Below, piece after piece: positions 1 through 8,315 of a stretch of 64,000 bases of DNA. This DNA comes from Candidatus Dormiibacterota bacterium (GTDB lineage: Bacteria; Chloroflexota; Dormibacteria; CF-121), in assembly GCA_036782775.1 (NCBI GenBank), contig DAIPYJ010000006.1, positions 4,289 through 68,288 of the forward strand, given 5' to 3'. The position numbers and the translations under genes were made by a program. Position 1 is the stretch's first letter. Every line of letters starts with the position of its first letter. The notes beneath the pieces are model-generated. The model searched no databases. It saw nothing but the letters and a program-made list of their open reading frames with translations, and was not told the origin of the DNA.

Positions 1-345
1 ATCCGTGAGAGCCTGGGCGAACGCCCGGGTATTGAGGTGAGTACGTTCGACGGGCTCACCATCGACTACGCCCGGCGCGTGGGCGCCAACGCGATCGTTC
101 GCGGACTGCGTGCCGTCTCGGACTTCGAGAGCGAGTTTCAGATGGCGCTGATGAACCGCCGTCTCGAACCCGAGGTCACGACTGTCTTCATTCCCACCAG
201 CCTGCGACATCTTTTTCTCAGCTCGAGCCTGATCAAGGAGCTTGCCGAATTTGGAGGAGACATCGCAGAATTCGTTCCAGCCAACGTCGTCGCACCACTC
301 AAACAACGTCTTGCCACAAGGGAGCAGCAGCATGAACATCCATGA
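1..345 (+). CDS. coaD: phosphopantetheine adenylyltransferase, C-terminal part (5' truncated by window edge)
   Basis: Frame-1 translation from nt 1 gives ...VRGLRAVSDFESEFQMALMNRRL...TVFIPTSLRHLFLSSSLIKELAEFGGDI..VP, the conserved CoaD C-terminus. Confidence 0.8.
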   Translation: MRESLGERPGIEVSTFDGLTIDYARRVGANAIVRGLRAVSDFESEFQMALMNRRLEPEVTTVFIPTSLRHLFLSSSLIKELAEFGGDIAEFVPANVVAPLKQRLATREQQHEHP

Positions 346-820
346 AGCGATCGACCGCCTCGAATACCTGATCGCCCACAGCCGTCAGATTCCTCTCACC
401 CGCACCGCCGTCATTGACCAGGAAGAGGCGTTGGCCTGCATTGACGATCTTCGCCTCAGCCTGCCCGACGAGGTCAAGCAGGCGCGCTGGACCCTGCAGG
501 AGCAGCAACGTCTTCTTTCCGAGGCGCAGGCCGAGGCGGCGCGGATCGTCAACAAGGCCAGCGAGCGAGCGCAGACGATGATGGGCCAGCAAGAGCTGCT
601 TCGACGAGCCGAGAAGCAGGCCGAGACCATGCTCAAAGAGGCGGCGGCCAAAGCCGATGAGACGAAGCGCGCCGCCGATAAATACGCCTGGGACGTGATG
701 CAAAACCTCGAGGGCCAGCTGCTGCGCACCATCAGCACCGTCAAGAAAGGCGCCGAGGCGCTTCGCGTTCCGGCGGCCCGCGCCGCACGCGAAGTCGAGG
801 TTGTTAGCGGCCGGTCGTAA
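332..820 (+). CDS. hypothetical coiled-coil protein (Ala/Glu/Lys/Arg-rich, ATP-synthase-b/DivIVA-like heptads)
   Basis: ATG at 332 preceded by AAGGGAG RBS (318-324). 163 aa ORF, no TM segments, charged helical composition. Family not recognised. Confidence 0.5.
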   Translation: MNIHEAIDRLEYLIAHSRQIPLTRTAVIDQEEALACIDDLRLSLPDEVKQARWTLQEQQRLLSEAQAEAARIVNKASERAQTMMGQQELLRRAEKQAETMLKEAAAKADETKRAADKYAWDVMQNLEGQLLRTISTVKKGAEALRVPAARAAREVEVVSGRS

Positions 821-843
821 AACGGGCCATGGGGACCTGGGAA

Positions 844-1125
844 TCAGCTGGACAACTTCCGGCGAAACTTGACCCAGCCTGCGATGAACGCAATGCCTGC
901 CAGCGAGAAAATCGCGGCAGTCACCAGCCCGAACACATAGTGCCGTACCACGGCGTTGATCAGCCACAAGCCTCCGGTAAGCAACATGAGGAGGCCCGCT
1001 ACCAACCGCAGCCGTAGCTCGAGCTTTCGGGTTCCAGGTCTCAACGTTCGACCGACCCCCGACCTCTTCGAACTCATAGGCGCAGGTGATGACGCCTGGA
1101 TACCGAAATACTTGCGGCGGGCCAC
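844..1125 (-). CDS. small membrane protein with two TM helices (PLD-N-like)
   Basis: 93-aa ORF with two hydrophobic helices (LVAGLLMLLTGGLWLINAVV / LVTAAIFSLAGIAFIAGWV). Alternative start at MSSKRS (about 1077). Confidence 0.4.
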   Translation of the reverse strand: MARRKYFGIQASSPAPMSSKRSGVGRTLRPGTRKLELRLRLVAGLLMLLTGGLWLINAVVRHYVFGLVTAAIFSLAGIAFIAGWVKFRRKLSS

Positions 1126-1141
1126 CCATTAGACTGCTCGT

Positions 1142-1749
1142 GTGGCCGAGATCGTGCTCTTTCATCCTGCGCTCGGCCTGACGCAGGGCACGCTGGCGTT
1201 CGCCGACGGTTTGCGCGCCGCCGGCCATACGGTGCATACCCCCGACCTCTACGAGGGGGTCACCTTCTCCGACGTCAACGAAGGCGTTCGACACGTGCAG
1301 GAGCAAGTGGGCTTCGGCACCATCATCAAGCGAGGCGAGCAAGCCGCGGCGGGATTGCCGAACGAGGTCGTCTACGCCGGCTTTTCCTTGGGCGGCCTGC
1401 CTGCGCAAAAGCTGGCTCAGAGCCGGCCTGGGGCTCGCGGCGCGCTCTTGTTTCACGCCTTCGTCTCGCCCGACCAGCTCGGCAGTCCCTGGCCGTCAGG
1501 ATTGCAGGGCAGATCCACATGATGGAGCAGGACCCGTGGATTGCCGAAGACCTTCCGGCGGCGCGGGAGTTCGCCAGTCAAACGGCTGATGTGGAGCTGT
1601 TTCTCTATCCTGGGAAAGGCCACCTGTTCACCGACAAGAGCCTGCCTGAGTACGATGCCGCCGCCTCGCGGCAGCTCTGGGATCGGGTGGTCGCCTTCCT
1701 CGACCGAGTCACGGTCCCGGCAGGTTCAGGAACGCGCAGTTCGGGCTAG
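1142..1749 (+). pseudogene. dienelactone hydrolase family protein, disrupted by a frameshift near nt 1500-1512
   Basis: ORF 1142-1522 (frame 2) encodes DLH N-terminus with nucleophile elbow GFSLGG. ORF 1519-1749 (frame 1) encodes the DLH C-terminus (VELFLYPGKGHLFTD). Joining them needs a 1-nt indel around ..SPWPSGLQ | VQIHMMEQ.. Confidence 0.6.
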
Positions 1750-2019
1750 CGGACGAACTCCCGGGCTGTCGCGACTCGCCTAGGACGCGGCGTGGTAACG
1801 ATGGTTCCGATCACTTCTAACGGGATCCTGGTCAAAGTCGACGAAGCCCTGCGCCTGCACCTCGCTCTATAGCGGTTTGACTCCGGGCGCGAGAGCGATT
1901 CAGCTCAACCGAGCCTCCGCAACCTTGCGGTCGCGTGAGCGCCGCCGTCGCCCGTAAATCTCCTCGACACGTCTCGCGGCGGCGATGACGGTCGGCCAGT
2001 CAGGCCTCGTTGATGAGCA

Positions 2020-3270
2020 TCAGCGCGACAGTTGCTCACGCAAGGACGCCACGATGCGCAACTCACGTTCCAGATGTTGTCGGGCAAGGGCGTTGCCATC
2101 AGGCCCAAGGTCAGACAGCTTGTCTTCGAGAGCCGTCGTGGCTTCGTCCAGGAGCCGCCTCGCCTCTTCGGCCCTTCCCTGTTGACGACGAAGAACGGCG
2201 AGGTGATATCTGGTTTTCGCTCGCTCGACGATCAAAGCAGGAGTCTCGGGCCACGAAAGCGCTTCTGCCAACATTTCGTCGGCACGAACCAAATCGCCGG
2301 CCTGGCGCAATTCGTTGGCCGCGTTCCTGAGCGCAATGATTAGTGACGAGGTGTCGGCCATCCGCCGCGCGGCACTCGCCGCCTTCTCAAAGTGCGTGGC
2401 TGCCTGTCGGTGCTCCTTGTTCGGCGTATGCAGACCGAGGTGAAGGTGCGCGCTGATTTCGACCTTGTCGCACCCTGATACCTCGGCTGCATCGGCCACC
2501 CGCTGGAGCAAGGAGCGACCAGCACTGAGGTCGCCACTCTGCACGACCCAGACCGCGCGCTCGAAGTCCGCCGCGAGCTCCCCACAAGGTTGGCCCCCAT
2601 CCCGGAACGACTCTGCCGACCTCTCTAACATCTGGTCCGCCTCGCCCGACCGACCACTGGCGCGGAAAGCCGCGGATTGAAGGGCTTGGGCAGCAGCCCG
2701 CTGAGCATGGTTGAGCGAGGGAAGATTGAGCACTCGCTCGAGGATCGCCCTTGCCTCGTCGGCGCGCCGCACTCGGAGGGCGCGTTCAGCAGCGATGGCA
2801 CCAATGCTGAAACGGGCCCCTGTTGAGCTGGCCGTCATTCGCCGAAGCGTGGTTTCCGACTCCTGGTTCAGGTTGGCAGCCGCATCCTCATCACCGCGGT
2901 CAGCCGCAATCAAGGCGAGTACACCGAGAGCTCGCCCCCGGACGTCCAGGCTGCTTTCCCGAATGGCGATGCGCCGCGGCCAGAGGCGGGCCGGACGGTC
3001 GCTCCACGCCTTCGCCACGGCAGCCGCGATGACGGCCGCGGCCCATGCTCGCTGTGTCTTGCCGTCGTCATAGGCGCCGATTGCTTCGCTTACCAGCGCT
3101 CCGAGCTCCCTCCTGGTGGACTCCTCCGGTTCGAGCCTCGAAGCGATTTCCTGAGCTCTACCGAGATCGATGCGACCTTCCTCGAGATCAGTCACCAGGT
3201 CATGAATGCTCGCCATAGGTAGGGCAACGGAGCGTCTGGCAGTCACTTGCCTCCTGGCTGCGCGTGGCAC
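2020..3270 (-). CDS. hypothetical Ala/Arg-rich all-helical (TPR-like) protein, about 400 aa
   Basis: Long minus-strand ORF with coding-like codon usage (GC-biased third positions, mixed amino-acid composition). No plus-strand ORF of comparable quality in 1750-3357. No DNA-binding or enzymatic motif recognised. Likely start at MASIHD (about 3216). Confidence 0.5.
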   Translation of the reverse strand: MPRAARRQVTARRSVALPMASIHDLVTDLEEGRIDLGRAQEIASRLEPEESTRRELGALVSEAIGAYDDGKTQRAWAAAVIAAAVAKAWSDRPARLWPRRIAIRESSLDVRGRALGVLALIAADRGDEDAAANLNQESETTLRRMTASSTGARFSIGAIAAERALRVRRADEARAILERVLNLPSLNHAQRAAAQALQSAAFRASGRSGEADQMLERSAESFRDGGQPCGELAADFERAVWVVQSGDLSAGRSLLQRVADAAEVSGCDKVEISAHLHLGLHTPNKEHRQAATHFEKAASAARRMADTSSLIIALRNAANELRQAGDLVRADEMLAEALSWPETPALIVERAKTRYHLAVLRRQQGRAEEARRLLDEATTALEDKLSDLGPDGNALARQHLERELRIVASLREQLSR

Positions 3271-3342
3271 ACTCTCCCGGTCCGGCCCGAGGGGGCGCTT
3301 GAAGGCGATGGCTGGCCCGACTGGATTCGAACCAAATCACCG

Positions 3343-3348
3343 TATAAT
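3343..3348 (+). promoter_or_regulatory. perfect -10 hexamer TATAAT 9 nt upstream of rpmF ATG (near-leaderless transcript likely)
   Basis: Sequence accgTATAATtgctcgtccATG. No convincing -35 and no SD between -10 and start. Confidence 0.3.
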
Positions 3349-3357
3349 TGCTCGTCC

Positions 3358-3534
3358 ATGGCCCTTCCGAAGACTCGATATGCCCATGCCCGCCAGGGTG
3401 AGCGGCGCGCCCACCTGGCGATGAAGCGTCCGGCGCTCGTCGAATGCTCGCAGTGCCACCAGCCAAAGCGGCCGCACGCGATCTGCCGCAACTGCGGCTA
3501 CTACGACGGGCGCGAAGTCATCAAGACCGACTAG
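3358..3534 (+). CDS. rpmF: 50S ribosomal protein L32
   Basis: 58-aa product MALPKTRYAHARQGERRAH...CSQCHQPKRPHAICRNCGYYDGREV with the L32 Zn-ribbon C-x2-C...C-x2-C. Confidence 0.9.
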   Translation: MALPKTRYAHARQGERRAHLAMKRPALVECSQCHQPKRPHAICRNCGYYDGREVIKTD

Positions 3535-3537
3535 GTC

Positions 3538-4464
3538 ACCCACATCACGCTCGCCTTCCTGTTCCCAGGCCAGGGCGCCCAATTCGTCGGGATGGCCCGC
3601 AACCTGCTCGAGGAGGACGAGGAAACCCGGCGCTTCCTCGCGATCGCCGAGGAACGCCTTGGAATACCCGTCGGCCGGCTGATGGTCGAAGGGCCCGACG
3701 CCGAGCTGCAGGCGACGCAGAATGCACAGCCGGCGATCGTCTTTCACAGCCTTGCCTTGCTCCGGCGTCTTCGGACGGCCGGGACGCAGCCTGCCGCGGT
3801 GGCGGGGCACAGCCTCGGCGAATTCCCAGCCCTCGTGGCGGCGGGAGGCCTCGACGCGCTCGACGCCCTGGCCGCGGTGCGCGCCCGGGGCGAGGCGATG
3901 GCCGGCGCAGCGCCGTCGGGCTCGGGCATGGTTGCCGTACTCGGTCTGGCGGACCAGGCGCTCGAGGCAGCCTGCGCCGGCGTCCCGGGTGCCGTGCCGG
4001 CAAACTACAATGCGCCCGGGCAGGTGGTCGTCTCGGGAAGCGATCAGGCCCTCGAGGCCGTAACGCCGGCGCTCCAGCAAGCGGGCGCTCGTCGCGTCAT
4101 TCGCCTTCCGGTGAGCGCCGCTTTTCATTCGCCGCTGATGGCGCCAGCCGCGCAAGCCTTCCGCAGCACGTGGAACAAGATTCCCTTGCAGCCGCTCCAG
4201 CTGCCCCAGGTCTTCAATGCGGACGCCGAGGTCCATCGCGATGCCGCCGAGATCCGGGAGCTGATGGTGGGCCAGCTCACCGGGCCGGTCCGCTGGACGC
4301 AGTCGGTGCGTAAGCTGGCAAGCCTCGGGGTCGACACATTCGTCGAGATCGGGCCGGGACGCACGCTGACCGGCCTGGTCAAGAAGATCCTGCCGGACGC
4401 CGTGCTCCACAATATCGACGACATGACCAGCCTCGACGCGTTTCTGCAAGCCGCGCATGCCTGA
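3538..4464 (+). CDS. fabD: malonyl CoA-ACP transacylase
   Basis: Product ..LAFLFPGQGAQFVGM...GHSLGEF..VSAAFHSP.., typical FabD. The conserved FPGQG motif lies upstream of the first in-frame ATG (3592). No ATG/GTG/TTG lies between the rpmF stop (3534) and 3592, so a non-canonical start (ATC 3544 or CTG 3562) is implied. Confidence 0.85.
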   Translation, partial: THITLAFLFPGQGAQFVGMARNLLEEDEETRRFLAIAEERLGIPVGRLMVEGPDAELQATQNAQPAIVFHSLALLRRLRTAGTQPAAVAGHSLGEFPALVAAGGLDALDALAAVRARGEAMAGAAPSGSGMVAVLGLADQALEAACAGVPGAVPANYNAPGQVVVSGSDQALEAVTPALQQAGARRVIRLPVSAAFHSPLMAPAAQAFRSTWNKIPLQPLQLPQVFNADAEVHRDAAEIRELMVGQLTGPVRWTQSVRKLASLGVDTFVEIGPGRTLTGLVKKILPDAVLHNIDDMTSLDAFLQAAHA

Positions 4465-5206
4465 CGGGTTCGCCGAGCAGGTGGTGCTCGTCACCGGCGG
4501 CAGCCGGGGGATAGGCCGCGCGGCCAGCGAGCTCTTTGCGGAGGCAGGGGCATCCGTGGCGATCACCTACAAGAGCCGCCAAGCCGAGGCCGACCATTTT
4601 GTCGAAGAGGTGTCGCGCCGCGGGGGCAAAGCGCTGGCGATCCAGTCGGACTTCGCCGACTCGTCCTCGCCGGCGGTCGCAGTCGAGGCCGTCGTCAAGC
4701 AGTTTGGGCGGCTCGACGTGCTGGTCAACAATGCCGGTCTCACCCGCGACACCCTGGTGATGCGGATGAGCGAGGCCGACTGGGACGTCGTCCTCCAGAC
4801 CAACCTGAAGGCGGCCTTCCTGGCGAGCAAAGCCGCCTTGCGCCCGATGCTGCGGCAGAAATACGGCCGGATCGTGAACGTGTCGTCGCTCGCCGGAGTC
4901 GCCGGCAACGCCGGCCAGGCGAATTACAGCGCCTCGAAGGCGGGCTTGATCGGGCTCACCAAGGCGCTCGCCAAGGAGGTTGGGTCACGCAACATCACGG
5001 TCAACGCGGTGGCGCCGGGGTTCATCGAGACTGAACTCATAGGTGCGGTGCCGGCGGACATGTTGGAGCGGGCCCGGCAGGCCGCCGCTATCCAGCGGAT
5101 CGGCACGCCGGCCGACGTTGCGCCGGCGATCGTCTTTCTCGCCTCGCGGGAGGCCGGGTATATTACCGGCCAGGTTCTGGGCATTGACGGGGGTCTGCCA
5201 ATTTAG
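4457..5206 (+). CDS. fabG: 3-oxoacyl-ACP reductase
   Basis: VLVTGGSRGIGRA Rossmann motif, NNAG, YSASKAG catalytic triad region. 8-nt overlap with fabD. Confidence 0.9.
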   Translation: MPDGFAEQVVLVTGGSRGIGRAASELFAEAGASVAITYKSRQAEADHFVEEVSRRGGKALAIQSDFADSSSPAVAVEAVVKQFGRLDVLVNNAGLTRDTLVMRMSEADWDVVLQTNLKAAFLASKAALRPMLRQKYGRIVNVSSLAGVAGNAGQANYSASKAGLIGLTKALAKEVGSRNITVNAVAPGFIETELIGAVPADMLERARQAAAIQRIGTPADVAPAIVFLASREAGYITGQVLGIDGGLPI

Positions 5207-5266
5207 GACGATGGCGGGGGCTTCGACTAGAATTTGACCCGCTCGCAATAGCCAAAAGGGGAATCC

Positions 5267-5515
5267 ATGGACGGCAACAATTACGAGAAGTTCAAGGGCA
5301 TCATCGCCGAGCAGCTCGGCGTCGAGCCCGAGCAAGTGACCCCCGACGCTTCGTTCGTCGACGACCTGAACGCGGATTCCCTCGACCTGGTCGAACTGAT
5401 CATGGCGTTCGAGGAAGAATACGGGATGGAGATACCTGACGAGGACGCCGAAAAGATTCAGACCGTCGGAGCCGCCTGGGACTACGTCCAGGAGAAACTC
5501 GGCATCACCACCTGA
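5267..5515 (+). CDS. acpP: acyl carrier protein
   Basis: 82 aa with phosphopantetheine site [20 protein letters not shown]. Confidence 0.95.
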   Translation: MDGNNYEKFKGIIAEQLGVEPEQVTPDASFVDDLNADSLDLVELIMAFEEEYGMEIPDEDAEKIQTVGAAWDYVQEKLGITT

Positions 5516-5519
5516 GCCG

Positions 5520-6287
5520 AAAGTCGCTCAGGCTGACGAGCCGCTCCAGAAACTCCAGCGAACGCTCCGCATCCGATTTCATGACGTTGCGCTGCTCCGG
5601 CAGGCGCTGACCCATCGCTCCTACAACAACGAGCACCCGGAAAGCGGAGCCGCCGACAACGAGCGCCTCGAGTACCTGGGCGACGCCGTGCTGGAGTTGA
5701 TCGCGGCTGAGCACCTGTTTCACACCTATCAGACCTCGGACGAGGGCGAGCTGACGCGCCTGCGCGCGTCGGTGGTCAACACCAAGAGCCTGGCTCGCCT
5801 CGCTTCTCGGCTCAGCCTCGGCGATTACCTCCTCCTGGGAAAGGGCGCGCACAAAACCGGCGCGCGGTCGTTGCAATCGATCCTCGCCAATACCTTCGAG
5901 GCCGTGATCGGCGCCATCTTCCTCGACCAGGGTTATCGCGCCGCCTACCGCCTCTTCAGCCGCAGTTTGATCGATGTCCAGGCCTGGCCGGACGATAACT
6001 ACAAGGGCCGGCTTCAGGAAGTGACGCAGGAGCGATTCCTGACCACGCCGCAGTACGACATCATCGCCGCCTCGGGCCCAGGGCATCGCCGGGAGTACAC
6101 CGCTGAGGTGGTTTTCGGCGACGGAATCCGCGGCGTGGGCAACGGAAGGACGAAGCGGGCCGCGGAACAGATGGCGGCTCGCGAGGCGCTGTCGGCACTG
6201 GGTGCGCTCGACGAGGCGCCGGGAGCGGCGGACGAAGTGCTGGAGGCCGTAGCTGCGGAAGCCCGCCGCGCTCCGAGCACCGCTTGA
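5520..6287 (+). CDS. rnc: ribonuclease III
   Basis: ALTHRSY...NERLEYLGDAVLE signature plus dsRBD C-terminus (GRTKRAAEQMAAREAL). Frame is open from 5517 but has no ATG/GTG/TTG before GTG 5688, which would delete the signature. Start unresolved, possibly ATC 5571. Confidence 0.85.
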   Translation, partial: KVAQADEPLQKLQRTLRIRFHDVALLRQALTHRSYNNEHPESGAADNERLEYLGDAVLELIAAEHLFHTYQTSDEGELTRLRASVVNTKSLARLASRLSLGDYLLLGKGAHKTGARSLQSILANTFEAVIGAIFLDQGYRAAYRLFSRSLIDVQAWPDDNYKGRLQEVTQERFLTTPQYDIIAASGPGHRREYTAEVVFGDGIRGVGNGRTKRAAEQMAAREALSALGALDEAPGAADEVLEAVAAEARRAPSTA

Positions 6288-6343
6288 CCAAAGCTCGTAC
6301 ATAGCGAGCTTTTCGGCGCTAATCTCTCGCTATTGCTAGACTT

Positions 6344-6748
6344 TTGGCAGTGGCCCGTTACAAGATTGGCGAAGCTGCCGACCTGCTCGGCATTAGCGTC
6401 GACAGCGTTCGCCGGCTGGCCGATAGCGGCAAGCTTCCGACGGTGCGCAGTCGCGGCGGACAGCGAATGGTCGACGGACGGGCGCTAGCTCGCTACATGG
6501 CTGCCGCGCCGAGTGATTCGAAGACTGAGCCGATCGTCGGCCGCTCCGCGCGCAACCAGTTTCCAGGAATCGTCACCCGGGTCATCAAAGACCGGGTCGC
6601 CGCCCAGGTCGAGATCCAGGCGGGCCCGCACCGGCTGGTCTCGGTGATCACGCGCGAGGCGGTTGACGATCTCGGGTTGATTCCCGGGAAACGCGCCGTC
6701 GCCATCGTCAAGGCAACCAACGTGATCATCGAGCTGCCGAAGGACTGA
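6344..6748 (+). CDS. ModE-like regulator: MerR/excisionase-type HTH fused to a TOBE (Mop) molybdate-binding domain
   Basis: N-terminus YKIGEAADLLGISVDSVRRLADSGKLP (HTH). C-terminus SARNQFPGIVTRVIKDRVAAQVEIQAG..LVSVITREAVDDLGLIPGKRAVAIVKATNVII (TOBE). Directly upstream of modABC. Confidence 0.7.
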   Translation: MAVARYKIGEAADLLGISVDSVRRLADSGKLPTVRSRGGQRMVDGRALARYMAAAPSDSKTEPIVGRSARNQFPGIVTRVIKDRVAAQVEIQAGPHRLVSVITREAVDDLGLIPGKRAVAIVKATNVIIELPKD

Positions 6749-6754
6749 TTCGAC

Positions 6755-7537
6755 ATGCGCCGAGTTTTCGGTCTCCTCCTGGCAGGTCTGCTGCTGGTGT
6801 CATGCGGCACGACCGCCTCGACAGGAGACTCACCATCGCCGGGCTACAGCGGATCGATTACCGTGCTCGCCGCCGCGTCGCTAACAGGCGCGTTCACGAA
6901 AATTGGCGCTGACTTTCAATCCCAGCATCCTGGGACGTCGGTCAAATTCAGTTTTGCCGGATCTTCAACGTTGGCCACCCAGATCCAGCAGGGTGCGCCG
7001 GCCGATGTCTTCGCGTCCGCGGACCAGCAGAACATGAAAAAGATCGTCGACGGCGCACTCAATCAGGGGACACCGCAGACGTTTGCCCGGAACCGGCTCG
7101 AAATCGTCGTGCACGCCGGAAATCCAAAAGGGATCAACGGCCTCAGCGATCTGGCCGCGCCGGGCCTGATCGTCGTGCTTTGCGCGCCGGCGGTCCCCTG
7201 CGGCCGATACGGCGGCCAGGCGCTGCAGACGGCGGGCGTCAGCGTGAAGCCAGCCAGCCTCGAAACAGACGTCAAGGCCGTCATCAGCAAGGTCGCCCTG
7301 GGCGAAGCAGACGCCGGGATCGTGTACGTGACCGACGTAAAAGCCGGCGGCTCGTCGGTTCAAGGGGTGGTCATTCCCGACAGTCAGAACGTGATCGCAA
7401 GCTATCCCATCGCCATCCTCAAGGACTCGCAGAATCTCCCCCTCGCCAAGGCATTCGTCGCCTACGTTCTCGAGAACGTCGAAGCTCATCGAGGCGGCCA
7501 GCTGACGCTGCGCCAGTTTGGATTCCTTGGACCGTGA
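6755..7537 (+). CDS. modA: molybdate ABC transporter substrate-binding lipoprotein
   Basis: Signal peptide with lipobox LLLVSCG. ModA-like body (SFAGSSTLATQIQQGAPADVFASAD). Confidence 0.85.
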   Translation: MRRVFGLLLAGLLLVSCGTTASTGDSPSPGYSGSITVLAAASLTGAFTKIGADFQSQHPGTSVKFSFAGSSTLATQIQQGAPADVFASADQQNMKKIVDGALNQGTPQTFARNRLEIVVHAGNPKGINGLSDLAAPGLIVVLCAPAVPCGRYGGQALQTAGVSVKPASLETDVKAVISKVALGEADAGIVYVTDVKAGGSSVQGVVIPDSQNVIASYPIAILKDSQNLPLAKAFVAYVLENVEAHRGGQLTLRQFGFLGP

Positions 7538-8315
7538 CACCCGGGCACCCGCCGGCTTTTTGATCCTTGCCGCGCTCGGCGCGGCCTTCTTCATCCTTCC
7601 ACTCATCGGTCTTCTCTTCCGGGCGCCCTGGCCATCGGCATGGCAGTTGCTCACCTCAGCCGACAGCCTTACCGCAATGCGGTTGTCAGTGGTTGCCTCC
7701 CTGTCCGCTACCTTGATCGCGGTCCTGCTTGGCGTCCCGCTTGCCTGGGTGCTGGCGCGTCTTACATTTCCAGGCCGCGCCCTGCTGCGAGGGCTCACCC
7801 TGCTGCCGATGGTGTTGCCGCCGGTTGTTGGTGGCGTCGCCTTGCTCTTTGCCTTTGGGCGCACTGGACTGATCGGTGGCTGGCTCGAGCGATGGTTCGG
7901 CATTCATCTGCCCTTCACCACAGCTGGCGCGATCATGGCCGAGACCTTTGTGGCCATGCCATTCCTCGTCGTCACCGTCGAAGCCGGGCTGCGTCAAATG
8001 GACCGGCGATATGAAGACGCCGCGAGGACGCTCGGCGCCCGACGCTGGACGGTGTTCTGGCGGGTCACCCTGCCGCTGATCCGGCCGGCACTGATTGCCG
8101 GGGCCGTGCTCAGCTGGGCGCGAGCCCTGGGGGAGTTCGGCGCCACCATCACCTTCGCCGGCAACTTTCCCGGGACGACGCAGACCATGCCGCTCGCCGT
8201 CTACCTCGCATTGGAGACAAATCCCGGCAGCGCGGTCGTCTTGAGCTTGATCCTCCTCGCCGTCTCGCTCGCGATCCTGGTCGGGCTTCGGCATCGCTGG
8301 CTCGCCGCCCTATGA
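7518..8315 (+). CDS. modB: molybdate ABC transporter permease
   Basis: Multi-TM protein with ABC permease EAA-like loop (EAGLRQMDRRYEDAARTLGA). Overlaps modA end. TTG start. Confidence 0.85.
   Translation: MDSLDRDTRAPAGFLILAALGAAFFILPLIGLLFRAPWPSAWQLLTSADSLTAMRLSVVASLSATLIAVLLGVPLAWVLARLTFPGRALLRGLTLLPMVLPPVVGGVALLFAFGRTGLIGGWLERWFGIHLPFTTAGAIMAETFVAMPFLVVTVEAGLRQMDRRYEDAARTLGARRWTVFWRVTLPLIRPALIAGAVLSWARALGEFGATITFAGNFPGTTQTMPLAVYLALETNPGSAVVLSLILLAVSLAILVGLRHRWLAAL

Noticed and set aside
299-1456. 385-aa minus-strand ORF overlapping coaD, the coiled-coil gene and the DLH gene
   Set aside because: Antisense to well-supported plus-strand genes. Arg/Ala/Gly-rich composition typical of GC-driven spurious ORFs. 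No domain.
3305-3336. Possible complete tRNA gene on the minus strand
   Set aside because: Only the T-arm, acceptor 3' strand and CCA are present. No complementary 5' acceptor strand, D-arm or anticodon arm within 80 nt (the region runs into rpmF). Kept only as a fragment observation.
3337-4566. 409-aa minus-strand ORF antisense to rpmF/fabD
   Set aside because: Completely overlaps confidently identified fabD. Composition Arg/Ala/Gly/Pro-rich. Artefact of high GC.
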